64,000 nucleotides of DNA from Verrucomicrobiota bacterium (GTDB lineage Bacteria > Verrucomicrobiota > Verrucomicrobiia > Verrucomicrobiales > Akkermansiaceae), in the NCBI GenBank assembly GCA_037133375.1, contig JBAXOF010000001.1:4724-68723 (forward strand). The letters are read 5' to 3'. The notes beneath the pieces were generated by a model, which ran no database searches, was not told the origin of the DNA, and saw only the letters and a program-made list of their open reading frames with translations. Both the position numbers and the translations under genes were made by a program. Positions 38,776 through 48,104 of the stretch are shown here, piece after piece; within the stretch, counting starts at the first letter, position 1; each line of letters starts with the position of its first letter.

Positions 38776-39031
38776 TTAGCGGACGTATAAACATCTCGTT
38801 CGCACGCCGGATAGAGATGGGCCACGAGCACACCGACCGCTTCTCGCTATTGCTCGCTCTGAGGATCCTGCTACTAACAATCCCCGTCGTGCCGCGCGGA
38901 CTGAGAGTTCCTTGATTTGCGCCAGCAAAAGCGCCAGCATCACCGCAAACAGGATATTTCGCTCGATCAGCCGCTGGTGTGCTGGTGTTCGCGGCATGCC
39001 GGAAAGGCGAAAATCCAATCATAGGACTTTT

Positions 39032-39994
39032 ATGAGAAAACTAATCCTAAGACTTCTTCCAGCAGTAGATTTTTTGTTAATTCCATTTGTCTATGGCTCC
39101 GCGTGGTTAATGCACAACTTACGGAGGGCGGGCTTTAATAAGCTGCCTAGCTGCAAACACGCGCTGTTGAAAGTGGGAGTGTTCCCGATTTGCGATCATT
39201 ACTACGAGCCACAATTCAATTATCTGGGCCTTAAACAACCGCTCTCGCAAGAACGAATTCTACCTGGAATAGACTGGAATATCACTGAACAGATCGAAAT
39301 TCTCGCCAAATTGTCGTTTTCGCGAGAACTTATCGATGTTCCGAAAAACAAGTCTGACAAAGTTGAGTTTTATCTGGATAACAGTTTATTCGAATCGGGC
39401 GACGCTGAATACTGGTACCAACTAATACGATGGTTAAAACCCAAACGAATATTTGAGGTGGGTAGCGGGAATTCCACTTTAATGGCAATAAGGGCGATCC
39501 GCAAAAATCACGAGCTTGACGCTAATTATCACTGTAAGCATGTTTGTATTGAACCTTACGAAATGCCATGGCTTGAAGAAACAGGGGTTACTGTCGTCAG
39601 AAAAAAGATCGAAGATGTCGAGCTGGACTTTTTCACCGAATTGGAAATAAACGATGTGCTATTTATAGACTCTTCCCACATCATCAGGCCCCAGGGCGAC
39701 GTCCTCTTTGAATATCTTGAACTCCTGCCCACTCTCAGCCCAGGTGTGGTTGTCCATGTGCATGACATATTCTCACCGAGGAATTACCCTAAGAATTGGC
39801 TGGCAGACAAGGTGCTGTTTTGGAATGAGCAGTACTTACTTGAAGCATTTCTGTCAGATAACAGAAAGTGGAAGATCATCGGCTCGCTCAATTTCTTACA
39901 TCACAACTATCATGAGGAACTAAGAGCCGTGGCGCAGTTTTTAACTACGGACAAGGAGCCAGGGTCATTTTATATCCAAAGAAGAGACGCCTAA
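39032..39994 (+). CDS. Class I SAM-dependent methyltransferase (Methyltransf_24-like), low GC
   Basis: IFEVGSGNST, CIEPY, LFIDSSH, VHVHDIF, WNEQYLLEAFL; 25/60 GC in the sampled line 39241-39300. Confidence 0.88.
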   Translation: MRKLILRLLPAVDFLLIPFVYGSAWLMHNLRRAGFNKLPSCKHALLKVGVFPICDHYYEPQFNYLGLKQPLSQERILPGIDWNITEQIEILAKLSFSRELIDVPKNKSDKVEFYLDNSLFESGDAEYWYQLIRWLKPKRIFEVGSGNSTLMAIRAIRKNHELDANYHCKHVCIEPYEMPWLEETGVTVVRKKIEDVELDFFTELEINDVLFIDSSHIIRPQGDVLFEYLELLPTLSPGVVVHVHDIFSPRNYPKNWLADKVLFWNEQYLLEAFLSDNRKWKIIGSLNFLHHNYHEELRAVAQFLTTDKEPGSFYIQRRDA

Positions 39995-40081
39995 TACAGG
40001 TTGTTCACGGCGATATGTTATTATGTTCTGTAACACCCGCTGCTAACAACGCTTAACCAAGTCGCTGCCACCGAGATCAAC

Positions 40082-40996
40082 ATGGAATCGTACTCGAATA
40101 CCACGACCGGGGGGCTCGCTTCACTTCGGGAAGCATGGTGCCTGTATCATCGGCAGACTTCAGGGACTGTGGAGCGAGTTGACGGTTATTTACGAAGACT
40201 CGAATACTTTAGACAGCAAGTCCGGAATCTGTTCGACTATGAGATCCGCGACCGGAATGTGTTGGACATCGGTCCAGGGCAGTTTCTGATCCAGATGTAC
40301 TACTTTTCCCAGTGTAACCGGGTCGTTGGGATCGATTGTGACGTTATTGCGCAGGGGTTCGATGTTCGCTCATATGCAACCATGCTCAAGACCAATGGGC
40401 TGCGCAGAACAGCCAAGACGATTATCCGAAAGATGCTTGGCGTCGACAGGTGCCACCGCCTGGAATTGACACGCCGACTCGGCGTATTGACTCTACCCCG
40501 CTTGCCGGTTCTGCAGATGGACGCCTGTCAGATGGATTTTCCAGATGAATCTTTTGATGTGATTTATTGTAACTCCGTATTTCATCACCTTCCCCAACCT
40601 GAGACTGCATTGAATGCTATTTCGCGCACGCTCAAACCAGGTGGGGTCGCTTACATATCCCTTCACTTGTATACGAGTGAGAACGGAAATCTCGATCCGA
40701 GGGTGTTTGATCCCACACAGTATTTGCCATCCTGGGCACATCTGCGACATGACCTTGCGCTGGGGATTCAATCGAACGCCTTCCTAAACAAGATGTGTTT
40801 GCACGAGTGGAGGGAGATCTTTCTCCGGGCATTGCCGGAGTCGCACCTGATGCTTATTCCCAGCCGGAAGCCGGGCATTTCAGAATTGGCCAGGGAACTT
40901 CAAGCAAACGGCGTGCTGGCAGGCTATTCATTGGAGGAGTTGACCACGCATGAACTAGTCGTGTTTTGGCAAAAGCCACTTTTGGCAAGTCGATGA
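40082..40996 (+). CDS. Class I SAM-dependent methyltransferase
   Basis: VLDIGPG, VGIDC, QMDACQMDFPDESFDVIYCNSVFHHL, LKPGG. Confidence 0.88.
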   Translation: MESYSNTTTGGLASLREAWCLYHRQTSGTVERVDGYLRRLEYFRQQVRNLFDYEIRDRNVLDIGPGQFLIQMYYFSQCNRVVGIDCDVIAQGFDVRSYATMLKTNGLRRTAKTIIRKMLGVDRCHRLELTRRLGVLTLPRLPVLQMDACQMDFPDESFDVIYCNSVFHHLPQPETALNAISRTLKPGGVAYISLHLYTSENGNLDPRVFDPTQYLPSWAHLRHDLALGIQSNAFLNKMCLHEWREIFLRALPESHLMLIPSRKPGISELARELQANGVLAGYSLEELTTHELVVFWQKPLLASR

Positions 40997-41055
40997 ACAG
41001 TGGCACTGTGACCCGTAATTTGCAAATTTCTTTCACCTCTCGCGACGCAACCCTC

Positions 41056-42171
41056 ATGGCCAGAAAATTAATTCACCTGATCGCCGGGGCCCGTCCGAAT
41101 TTCATGAAAATCGCGCCGCTGGTCCGGGCCATCCAGGCTCACGGTGGGTTCTATTTCCGGATCGTGCACACCGGGCAGCATTATGATCGTTCCATGAGTG
41201 CTGTGTTTTTCGAGGAACTTGGCATCCCGCAGCCCGACCATCATCTCGGTTGCGGCGGAGGCAGCCATGCCCAACAGACCGCCAAAATCATGGTGGCCTA
41301 TGAGAATCTCTGCAACGACGAGCGCCCGGATGTGGTGGTGGTGGTGGGCGACGTGAACTCAACCCTCGCCTGCTCCATCGTCGCAAAGAAGTTCCACATT
41401 CCAGTGGCGCATGTGGAAGCCGGCTTGCGGAGCGGTGACCGGACCATGCCGGAGGAGATTAACCGGTTGGTGACCGATGCGATTGCCGATCTGTTCTTCG
41501 TTACCGAGCCCAGTGGTGTGGAGCACCTTCGCTGCGAGGGCCAACCCGCAAAGTCCATCCACTACGTGGGACATGTGATGGTGGACAACGTTATCTATCA
41601 GAAACGCCTGCTTGATGCCGTGCCTTTGACCGCAGGTGTCTCCGTGGAGTTCAAGAGGCGTCACGGCGAATATGGCGTGGTCACCATGCACCGTCCTTCC
41701 AACGTGGATGATCCGGCAACCTTGAACCGGTTGACAGATGCCCTGCGGCGGCTCTCCATGGTGCTGCCGCTGGCATTTCCGGTCCACCCGCGGACCCGCG
41801 CAAACCTGGCAAAATTCGGCATTGATCCGGGGCCCCGCATCCTCCTGTTGGAACCGATGGCCTACATGGATTTCCTCAATCTGTGGAAGGGCGCGAAGAT
41901 GGTCCTCACTGACAGCGGTGGCTTGCAGGAAGAAACCACCGCGCTGGGCGTTCCATGCATCACCTTGCGCGAGAATACGGAGCGGCCGATTACGATTAAT
42001 GAAGGCACAAACGTGCTGGCGGGGACCGACCCGGAGGTGATTCTAAGTGAGGCACATCGGGTGTTAGATGGAAAGGCGAAAGCCGGCGCGCGTCCCATGT
42101 TGTGGGACGGCGCGGCGGCGGAGCGCATCGTCGCCGTGCTTGCGGAGTCTTTCCCTGCGGCCATTGCCTGA
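41056..42171 (+). CDS. wecB: UDP-N-acetylglucosamine 2-epimerase (non-hydrolysing)
   Basis: GARPNFMKIAP, HTGQHYD, VVGDVNSTL, AHVEAGLRS, MPEEINR, TMHRPSN, TDSGGLQEE, RENTERP. Confidence 0.96.
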   Translation: MARKLIHLIAGARPNFMKIAPLVRAIQAHGGFYFRIVHTGQHYDRSMSAVFFEELGIPQPDHHLGCGGGSHAQQTAKIMVAYENLCNDERPDVVVVVGDVNSTLACSIVAKKFHIPVAHVEAGLRSGDRTMPEEINRLVTDAIADLFFVTEPSGVEHLRCEGQPAKSIHYVGHVMVDNVIYQKRLLDAVPLTAGVSVEFKRRHGEYGVVTMHRPSNVDDPATLNRLTDALRRLSMVLPLAFPVHPRTRANLAKFGIDPGPRILLLEPMAYMDFLNLWKGAKMVLTDSGGLQEETTALGVPCITLRENTERPITINEGTNVLAGTDPEVILSEAHRVLDGKAKAGARPMLWDGAAAERIVAVLAESFPAAIA

Positions 42172-42221
42172 TGCGGTCCATGCCGGTAGATCCCACTGTC
42201 CCTAACTAGTCCCCACTGCCG

Positions 42222-43328
42222 ATGCTGGTCACACTGTTTACGCTTGACTACGAATTGCACGGGAATGGAGACGGCCACCCGCAAGCATTGATGGTCGAAC
42301 CGACCGCACGGCTGCTCGATCAGTTCGACCGGCACGGTGCCAAGCTGACCATCATGGCGGACGTTGCCGAGATCCTGCGGTTCCGGCAACTTTACCTTCA
42401 GACCGGGTGCGATGATTACAGTTACGAGCGAATCGCAGCGCAGTTGAGAGACGCGATTGCGCGGGGGCACGACGTTCAGCTTCACCTCCATGCATCCTGG
42501 TTTGGGGCGCGCCACGAGAATGGTAGGTGGCATCAAGACTGGGGTCAGTACAGCTTTGCGGACCTTCCGCTGCAGACCCTCACGGAGTATTTGCAGTTAG
42601 GGAAGAGTTGGCTGGAAGGGCTTCTGCAACCAGTGGATGCCGCGTATCGATGCAATATCTTTCGTGCGGCAAACTGGTCAATGCAACCATCTGAGAATGC
42701 CATTCGCGCGCTGAAGGCACTCGGCTTCAGGGCGGAAACATCGGTGTTCAAGTGGGGTCGGCGGGAGGGCTTGGTCAACTTCGACTATTCGAACGCGCCT
42801 CACCCGCTTCTCCCATGGCGGGCTGCGCAGAGCGACATCTGCACCATCGATGAGCAGAGTCCGTTGTGGGAGATTCCCATTTATGCAGAGCACAGGCGCG
42901 TCTGGGCATTCTGCTGCGCCAACCGCCTGTATCGAGCATGGCTTAGTCGCAGGCACCGCTTGCCAAGGAATGCACTAACCGACCGAGAACCCACCACCAC
43001 CAGCAAATACAGTCTCAGACAGCACATGCGATGGTTTGTTGAGAAGCACGCGTGGAAAGCAGACTTCAACCAATGCACTGGGCGGCAACTGGTGGGCGCG
43101 TTGCAGCGTGCCGAACGGCTCGCGCCATCCGTGACGCAAGGCATCGAACGCTACCCATTCGTGTTAATCGGGCACTCCAAACTATTCACGTCCGCAAACC
43201 AGCGCAGCCTCGAAGGGTTCCTCCGATACGTCGCCAAGAGTCCCTCGCGCTTCGCGTTCGGTCGCTTCGCCGATGCCTTTCCCATCCGGCTTGAACCTGC
43301 ACTTACCGCAGTCGCAGCGGGTTCTTAA
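42222..43328 (+). CDS. Polysaccharide deacetylase family protein (NodB/CE4-like)
   Basis: FTLDYELHG (motif 1 D-x-E), GHDVQLHLH, FRAANW, VLIGHSK. Confidence 0.75.
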   Translation: MLVTLFTLDYELHGNGDGHPQALMVEPTARLLDQFDRHGAKLTIMADVAEILRFRQLYLQTGCDDYSYERIAAQLRDAIARGHDVQLHLHASWFGARHENGRWHQDWGQYSFADLPLQTLTEYLQLGKSWLEGLLQPVDAAYRCNIFRAANWSMQPSENAIRALKALGFRAETSVFKWGRREGLVNFDYSNAPHPLLPWRAAQSDICTIDEQSPLWEIPIYAEHRRVWAFCCANRLYRAWLSRRHRLPRNALTDREPTTTSKYSLRQHMRWFVEKHAWKADFNQCTGRQLVGALQRAERLAPSVTQGIERYPFVLIGHSKLFTSANQRSLEGFLRYVAKSPSRFAFGRFADAFPIRLEPALTAVAAGS

Positions 43329-43421
43329 GATTTTATGCTGTCACTGGCTGCCCCAAGCGGCCTGCCGCGCATGCGATTTCAAAGCCGCAGCCGTTTCATC
43401 CGGATTCTAATTCCAACTACC

Positions 43422-44180
43422 ATGACCCCCAACCGCACCACTCTCCTTGGCTGTCCCGTGGATCTAATGACGAGTCATGATTTTCTCCACCATGTCGTGA
43501 ATCTAATCGAGAGGCATGCACCGGCACGCGTCATCCAGTTTGTGAATGCCAACAAAATCGCCCGAATTTCCGAGGATCCCGCGTTCGGCCGCCTGATGTG
43601 GCGGGCGGATTACGTATTTGCCGACGGTCAACCCATGCTGCCGCTGGCGCGAGCGCTGGCCATCCGCATACCCGAGCGCATCGACGGTATCGGCTTGATG
43701 GAAAAGTTGCTCCGCCTGGCGGACACGCACGGGTATCGGGTTTTTTTCTGGGGGGCGAAGCAGGCGATCCTTGAAGCCTGTGTCGAGAAGATTCGCCGCG
43801 AGTTGCCCGGTGTGGAGGTCGCCGGTTACAGAAATGGCTACTTTCAGCCGCAGGAGTTGCCTGAGATCGTCGCTGGCATCTGCGCTACGCGTCCTGACAT
43901 CGTCTTTCTGGGGATGGGTTCGCCAATGAAAGAAGAACTTGCCGATCGCTACAGGGATGCGCTCGGAGCGAGTATCGTGCAGGGGGTTGGCGGCAGCTTC
44001 GATGTCATGGCCGGCTTGGTCCCGCGGGCACCCATATGGATGCAGAAGCTCGGGATGGAATGGCTGTTTCGCGTCATTCAAGAACCGCGGCGCATGTTCT
44101 GGCGCTACACCGTCACCAACGCGGTTTGTCTGCGGGTGTTCGCCGCAGCATTGCTTAGACGCACCTTCCGTTTGCCCTAA
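43422..44180 (+). CDS. WecB/TagA/CpsF (GT26) glycosyltransferase
   Basis: FVNANK, FADGQP, ERIDGIGL, FFWGAK, YRNGYF, GMGSPMKE, GVGGSFD, EWLFRVIQEPRRM. Confidence 0.93.
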   Translation: MTPNRTTLLGCPVDLMTSHDFLHHVVNLIERHAPARVIQFVNANKIARISEDPAFGRLMWRADYVFADGQPMLPLARALAIRIPERIDGIGLMEKLLRLADTHGYRVFFWGAKQAILEACVEKIRRELPGVEVAGYRNGYFQPQELPEIVAGICATRPDIVFLGMGSPMKEELADRYRDALGASIVQGVGGSFDVMAGLVPRAPIWMQKLGMEWLFRVIQEPRRMFWRYTVTNAVCLRVFAAALLRRTFRLP

Positions 44181-44227
44181 CCGAATTGATCAACCTTACC
44201 CTGGCAGCTTCAACGACCGGAATTCCC

Positions 44228-45133
44228 ATGCCTGACACCATGAGTTGTTACATACTAATCACGCCCGTTCGCGACGAAGAGGCATTGCTGCCAAGGACCA
44301 TTGCTTCGGTAGTGGCCCAGACCGTTCTCCCGGCCGAATGGATTATTGTCAGCGACGGGTCGACCGACGGGACTGACGAGATCGTTCGCGAGGCGTCGGC
44401 GCGACACCCGTGGATCCGTCTGCTGGCGCTCGCCCCTCGTCCCGCACGAAGCTTCGCAGCCGTGGTGCGCAATACCGAGACCGCAATCCGCAACCTCAAT
44501 GTAAAACAACCCGCTTTCCTAGGGCTGTTAGATGCGGATATCGAGTTCCAGTCGGACTACTTTGAGCAATTGATGGCGCGGTTCGAAGTGGAACCCGGGT
44601 TGGGCCTCGCCGGAGGAGTGGTGATCGATGTGGGGCGAGCGCGTGACAGGTTTCCGCGCAACCGCCGCGACGTGCCGGGTGCGGTGCAGTTTTTTCGCAG
44701 GGAATGCTTTGAACGGATTGGAGGGCTAACCCCGATGCCCGAGGGTGGCTGGGACATGATCACCTGCGCCACGGCGCGCATGCATGGCTTCACGACCCGG
44801 TTGTTCACGGATCTGGTGGTGGATCACCTCAAGCCGAGGAACATTGCCGAAGGGGGGGCTGTTCGCCGCAAGTGGCAGTTGGGTATCCGGGACTACGCCG
44901 CGGGATATCATCCGCTCTTTGAGGTGGTGAAGTGCATCAGCCGTTGGAAGGATCCGCCATTCGTGATCGGGGCAGTCGCTTGGTGGGTCGGCTATTGTAC
45001 GGCTGTTTTCCAACGGCGTCAGCGCATGGTTGATGCTTCCTTGGTGACGCATGTGCGCCACGAACAATTGAGCCGCCTCGGGCGCTTGCTCGTCCCGTGG
45101 CCAAGCCAGCGTTCGGCGCTGAATCCGAAATAA
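44228..45133 (+). CDS. GT2 family glycosyltransferase
   Basis: YILITPVRDEE, IVSDGSTDGT, LLDADIEF, GAVQFFRR, GGWD. Confidence 0.9.
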   Translation: MPDTMSCYILITPVRDEEALLPRTIASVVAQTVLPAEWIIVSDGSTDGTDEIVREASARHPWIRLLALAPRPARSFAAVVRNTETAIRNLNVKQPAFLGLLDADIEFQSDYFEQLMARFEVEPGLGLAGGVVIDVGRARDRFPRNRRDVPGAVQFFRRECFERIGGLTPMPEGGWDMITCATARMHGFTTRLFTDLVVDHLKPRNIAEGGAVRRKWQLGIRDYAAGYHPLFEVVKCISRWKDPPFVIGAVAWWVGYCTAVFQRRQRMVDASLVTHVRHEQLSRLGRLLVPWPSQRSALNPK

Positions 45134-45143
45134 CCTCTTCGCC

Positions 45144-46145
45144 ATGACCCTCTCAATTCTCATCGTCAATTGGAATTCGCAGTCTTACTTGCGGCAATGC
45201 CTCGGGTCGATCCGGCGGACCTGTGCGGGTCTCGCCCCCCAGGTGGTGGTGGTGGACGGCGGGTCGTATGACGGGTGCGCGGAAATGCTCGCCCTGGAGT
45301 TTCCCGAAGTGGTCTTTGTTCAAAGCCCCGAGAATATCGGCTTTGGCCGCGCCAACAATGTGGGCTTTGTCAAGGCGACGGGTGAAGCCTTGTTGCTGTT
45401 GAATCCTGACACGGAAGTGCAGCCCGGCGCGGTGGAATGCTTGTTAGACAAGCTTTCGCAGCTCCCCGAGGCCGGCATGGTGGGTGCACGCTTGCTGAAT
45501 GCCGATGCCAGCCTACAGCTCACCAGCGTCCATCACCTGCCCACGGCATGGAATGCCGCCGTCGATAGCGAATGGGTCCGGCGGCGCTGGTGGCGGAGAA
45601 AAGGGCCGACTCCAGATGCAACGGCACAAGAAGTGGAAGCCGTCTCTGGGGCCTGTATGATGCTGCGTGCGGAGACGTTCCGGGGGCTTAGTGGCTTCGA
45701 TCCGCGGTATTTTATGTATGCCGAGGACATGGACTTGTGTTTCAAGATTCGTCGTGCCGGATGGAAGATATACCATGTGCCGCGGGCGCAAGTCATCCAT
45801 TATGGCGGCGGCAGTTCACGCACGCAATTTAGCAAGTTTTCGGTGGTGATGCTTCATGAAGCGCTTCGTGTCTATATTCTCTCGAATTACGGTCGCTTCC
45901 ACGCCTTGCTGTATCGCCTGCTTATGGCAATTTCAGCGGCACTTCGGATCCTTATATTGTTCATGAGCCGGTTTTTAACCACCGGTGATTCCCGTGTGAC
46001 CAGGTGGGCATCCATTACAAAGTGGTGGACAGTGCTCAGTTGGAGTATGGGCATGGAAACATGGACGAGGCGATGGTATGGCTACCACAACGCCCCGCTG
46101 GCAATCACGGCTCTAAAGGGTGGGCAGAAAACTCACGTGAGGTAG
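45144..46145 (+). CDS. GT2 family glycosyltransferase (WbbL/rhamnosyltransferase-like)
   Basis: SILIVNWNS, VVDGGSYDG, NIGFGRANN, LLNPDT, SGACMM, FDPRYFMYAEDMDLC. Confidence 0.9.
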   Translation: MTLSILIVNWNSQSYLRQCLGSIRRTCAGLAPQVVVVDGGSYDGCAEMLALEFPEVVFVQSPENIGFGRANNVGFVKATGEALLLLNPDTEVQPGAVECLLDKLSQLPEAGMVGARLLNADASLQLTSVHHLPTAWNAAVDSEWVRRRWWRRKGPTPDATAQEVEAVSGACMMLRAETFRGLSGFDPRYFMYAEDMDLCFKIRRAGWKIYHVPRAQVIHYGGGSSRTQFSKFSVVMLHEALRVYILSNYGRFHALLYRLLMAISAALRILILFMSRFLTTGDSRVTRWASITKWWTVLSWSMGMETWTRRWYGYHNAPLAITALKGGQKTHVR

Positions 46146-46146
46146 G

Positions 46147-46174
46147 TTGACTTAATCCGTTTTCCTCTTATGCT
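46147..46174 (+). promoter_or_regulatory. Putative internal sigma70 promoter
   Basis: TTGACT-N16-TATGCT about 100 nt upstream of the ATG at 46277. Confidence 0.5.
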
Positions 46175-46276
46175 GAGAAACCCATATAAGACATCCTGAT
46201 GCAGCTCACTTCGCATCACTGCCGATTGGATCAGCTGTTCGGGTTCTGTGGGAATAGTTCCAACCATCAAACTCCT

Positions 46277-47938
46277 ATGAAATACTCCCAACTCTTCAAA
46301 ATCGCACCGGGGGCGATCACTGCAGCGATGGCCTGGTTATTTGCCGCGACTGTGCTCATGCCCTGCATGATCGAACGCGCTACAGCCGCCACTTCGGTGT
46401 CCCAGTTCGGCTTCACGTGGACGTTCTCCGCGGACAGAACTGTCGGACAATATGCCAACGGCGATTGGTGGGTCGTGGGTCCGGTAACCATCACCAGCAT
46501 ATCCCCCGCGAGCACCACAGACTCTACAGGATGGACCCGAAACGGCACACAACTGAACCCTGATCCTTACACGATCAACGGCGGAGAAGGGTTTGACAGT
46601 TCACTCAAAAACATGTGGAGTTCAGGCCTAAATGTCGCCCCGAGTTTCACGGGTTCTCCACTGGTCGTAATTACGGGTTCAGTGGTTTCAACGATTTCAG
46701 TGGGACAACCGAATGTAAATACTTCGTTACCACAAATAACGGACGCTGCCATATTGACAGTGGTGGCTAGCGCGCCTGCGTCCGGGTCATTTCGCCCACC
46801 TCCCACAGGGTCGAATAAGACTTCAGTCTGGAACAAAAGTACTCTCGATTATAGTATTCTAAAGCAATACGCCCCCGTACCTAATACTCCAGATCTTGCA
46901 ACCGTCGAAGGGTATTTCGAACGACCTTGGCTTTGCCTAAGAGAAGGGCAATCTATTCAAGCTTTGACACCGACCAACAACATGCCGAATTATGGACGGG
47001 ATATAGCGCAACGGATATCTCTAGGCATGCTCTCCCTTCATCTAAATTATACGGCTGCACAGAAGAGTTTACTATACATGCGTTTGGTGCAAGTTGGCAT
47101 TGATGTGTATGGATCGACAAAAGCAGGAATGGTTTGGAAAGGCGCTGGAGGAGAAAATGCAGGACGCAAAGCGCCTATGGTGCTGGCAGGCTTGGCTCTT
47201 CATGATCCAAGTATTTTGGAATGGTCAAATGCTGCTCTGCATTTCGTCTTCCAAGAAGATCAACAGACTTGGTTTGTGACCCAATCTGATGTGGGACGTG
47301 TGATGTATACGGCAGATGGCCGACCACGTGACACCTATACACAAAGCATGGTGGGTCTGCCGGAATGGGGAAGCTACCATCTACAATATCCAAACAATGA
47401 CGCTAGCAACTGGGCTACCGCATACTACCGATGGATTGGTGGCGCATGGCTAGGCAATATCTTGGCGATAAAACTCATTCCAGGAGGAGAAACGGCATGG
47501 AATTGGGCTCCTGTATTCGCGTACGCGAACCGCTACTGGAGCATCGAAGGTGCGAATGGGCAAACGAACCAATCATGGGGCCCCCCAAACAACATCAGTC
47601 CGTTTGTGTATGAAATGTGGGCGGCCTATGCGGGCGCTCCGCCATCACCAATCAGTACTCCCCGGGTCGTGACCTTTGCCATCGGCGACAGGATCGCAAC
47701 GCTGGGCGTCACGAACGTCCGGGCCACGGGAGCGCTTTCGGGTACGTTGTTGGGCACGCAGCCACAGGGGGGCCTTGGGACAATTGTCAGCGGTCCTGTG
47801 CTCGCGGACAATTTCACCTGGTGGCAGGTGGACTACGACACTGGCGTGGATGGTTGGAGTGGGGGCGACAATTTCATTAAGTCGACCACACCGCCTGTGG
47901 CGCCATCTGCACCACAAGGTCTAAAGGTGGTCAAATAA
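46277..47938 (+). CDS. Secreted protein of unknown function with C-terminal SH3-like domain
   Basis: Signal peptide MKYSQLFK...ATA; unrecognised aromatic-rich core; C-terminal FAIGDRI...NVRATGALSGTLLGTQ...WWQVDYDTGVDGWS (bacterial SH3-like), then tail PVAPSAPQGLKVVK. Confidence 0.75.
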   Translation: MKYSQLFKIAPGAITAAMAWLFAATVLMPCMIERATAATSVSQFGFTWTFSADRTVGQYANGDWWVVGPVTITSISPASTTDSTGWTRNGTQLNPDPYTINGGEGFDSSLKNMWSSGLNVAPSFTGSPLVVITGSVVSTISVGQPNVNTSLPQITDAAILTVVASAPASGSFRPPPTGSNKTSVWNKSTLDYSILKQYAPVPNTPDLATVEGYFERPWLCLREGQSIQALTPTNNMPNYGRDIAQRISLGMLSLHLNYTAAQKSLLYMRLVQVGIDVYGSTKAGMVWKGAGGENAGRKAPMVLAGLALHDPSILEWSNAALHFVFQEDQQTWFVTQSDVGRVMYTADGRPRDTYTQSMVGLPEWGSYHLQYPNNDASNWATAYYRWIGGAWLGNILAIKLIPGGETAWNWAPVFAYANRYWSIEGANGQTNQSWGPPNNISPFVYEMWAAYAGAPPSPISTPRVVTFAIGDRIATLGVTNVRATGALSGTLLGTQPQGGLGTIVSGPVLADNFTWWQVDYDTGVDGWSGGDNFIKSTTPPVAPSAPQGLKVVK

Positions 47939-48104
47939 TCGTTGTACGCTTCCACTTGCAGGATGGTAGTAGCGGCGGGGTTCACTCAAATCAAGCAGCA
48001 GCCATTTGCATGACACCGTGGCAGCAAAATAACGAAACGAATACCCAGGTGATGTTAGCATCACCAGCTGCTTCATATAGGACCAGATATGGTTGGTAGG
48101 TAAA

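Noticed and set aside
38776-39018. 80-aa minus-strand ORF as an IS remnant
   Set aside because: No DDE motif, terminal inverted repeats or target duplication could be identified.
40004-40031. dif-like TTATGTT near the low-GC methyltransferase
   Set aside because: The XerD arm lacks AAAT and the XerC arm lacks ATAA.
48048-48065. Hairpin GGTGATG-TTAG-CATCACC upstream of the Wzy/ligase gene
   Set aside because: Only a 7-bp stem with no U-tract. It contains a TGTTAG copy, but other copies are not in hairpins, so it is treated as incidental.
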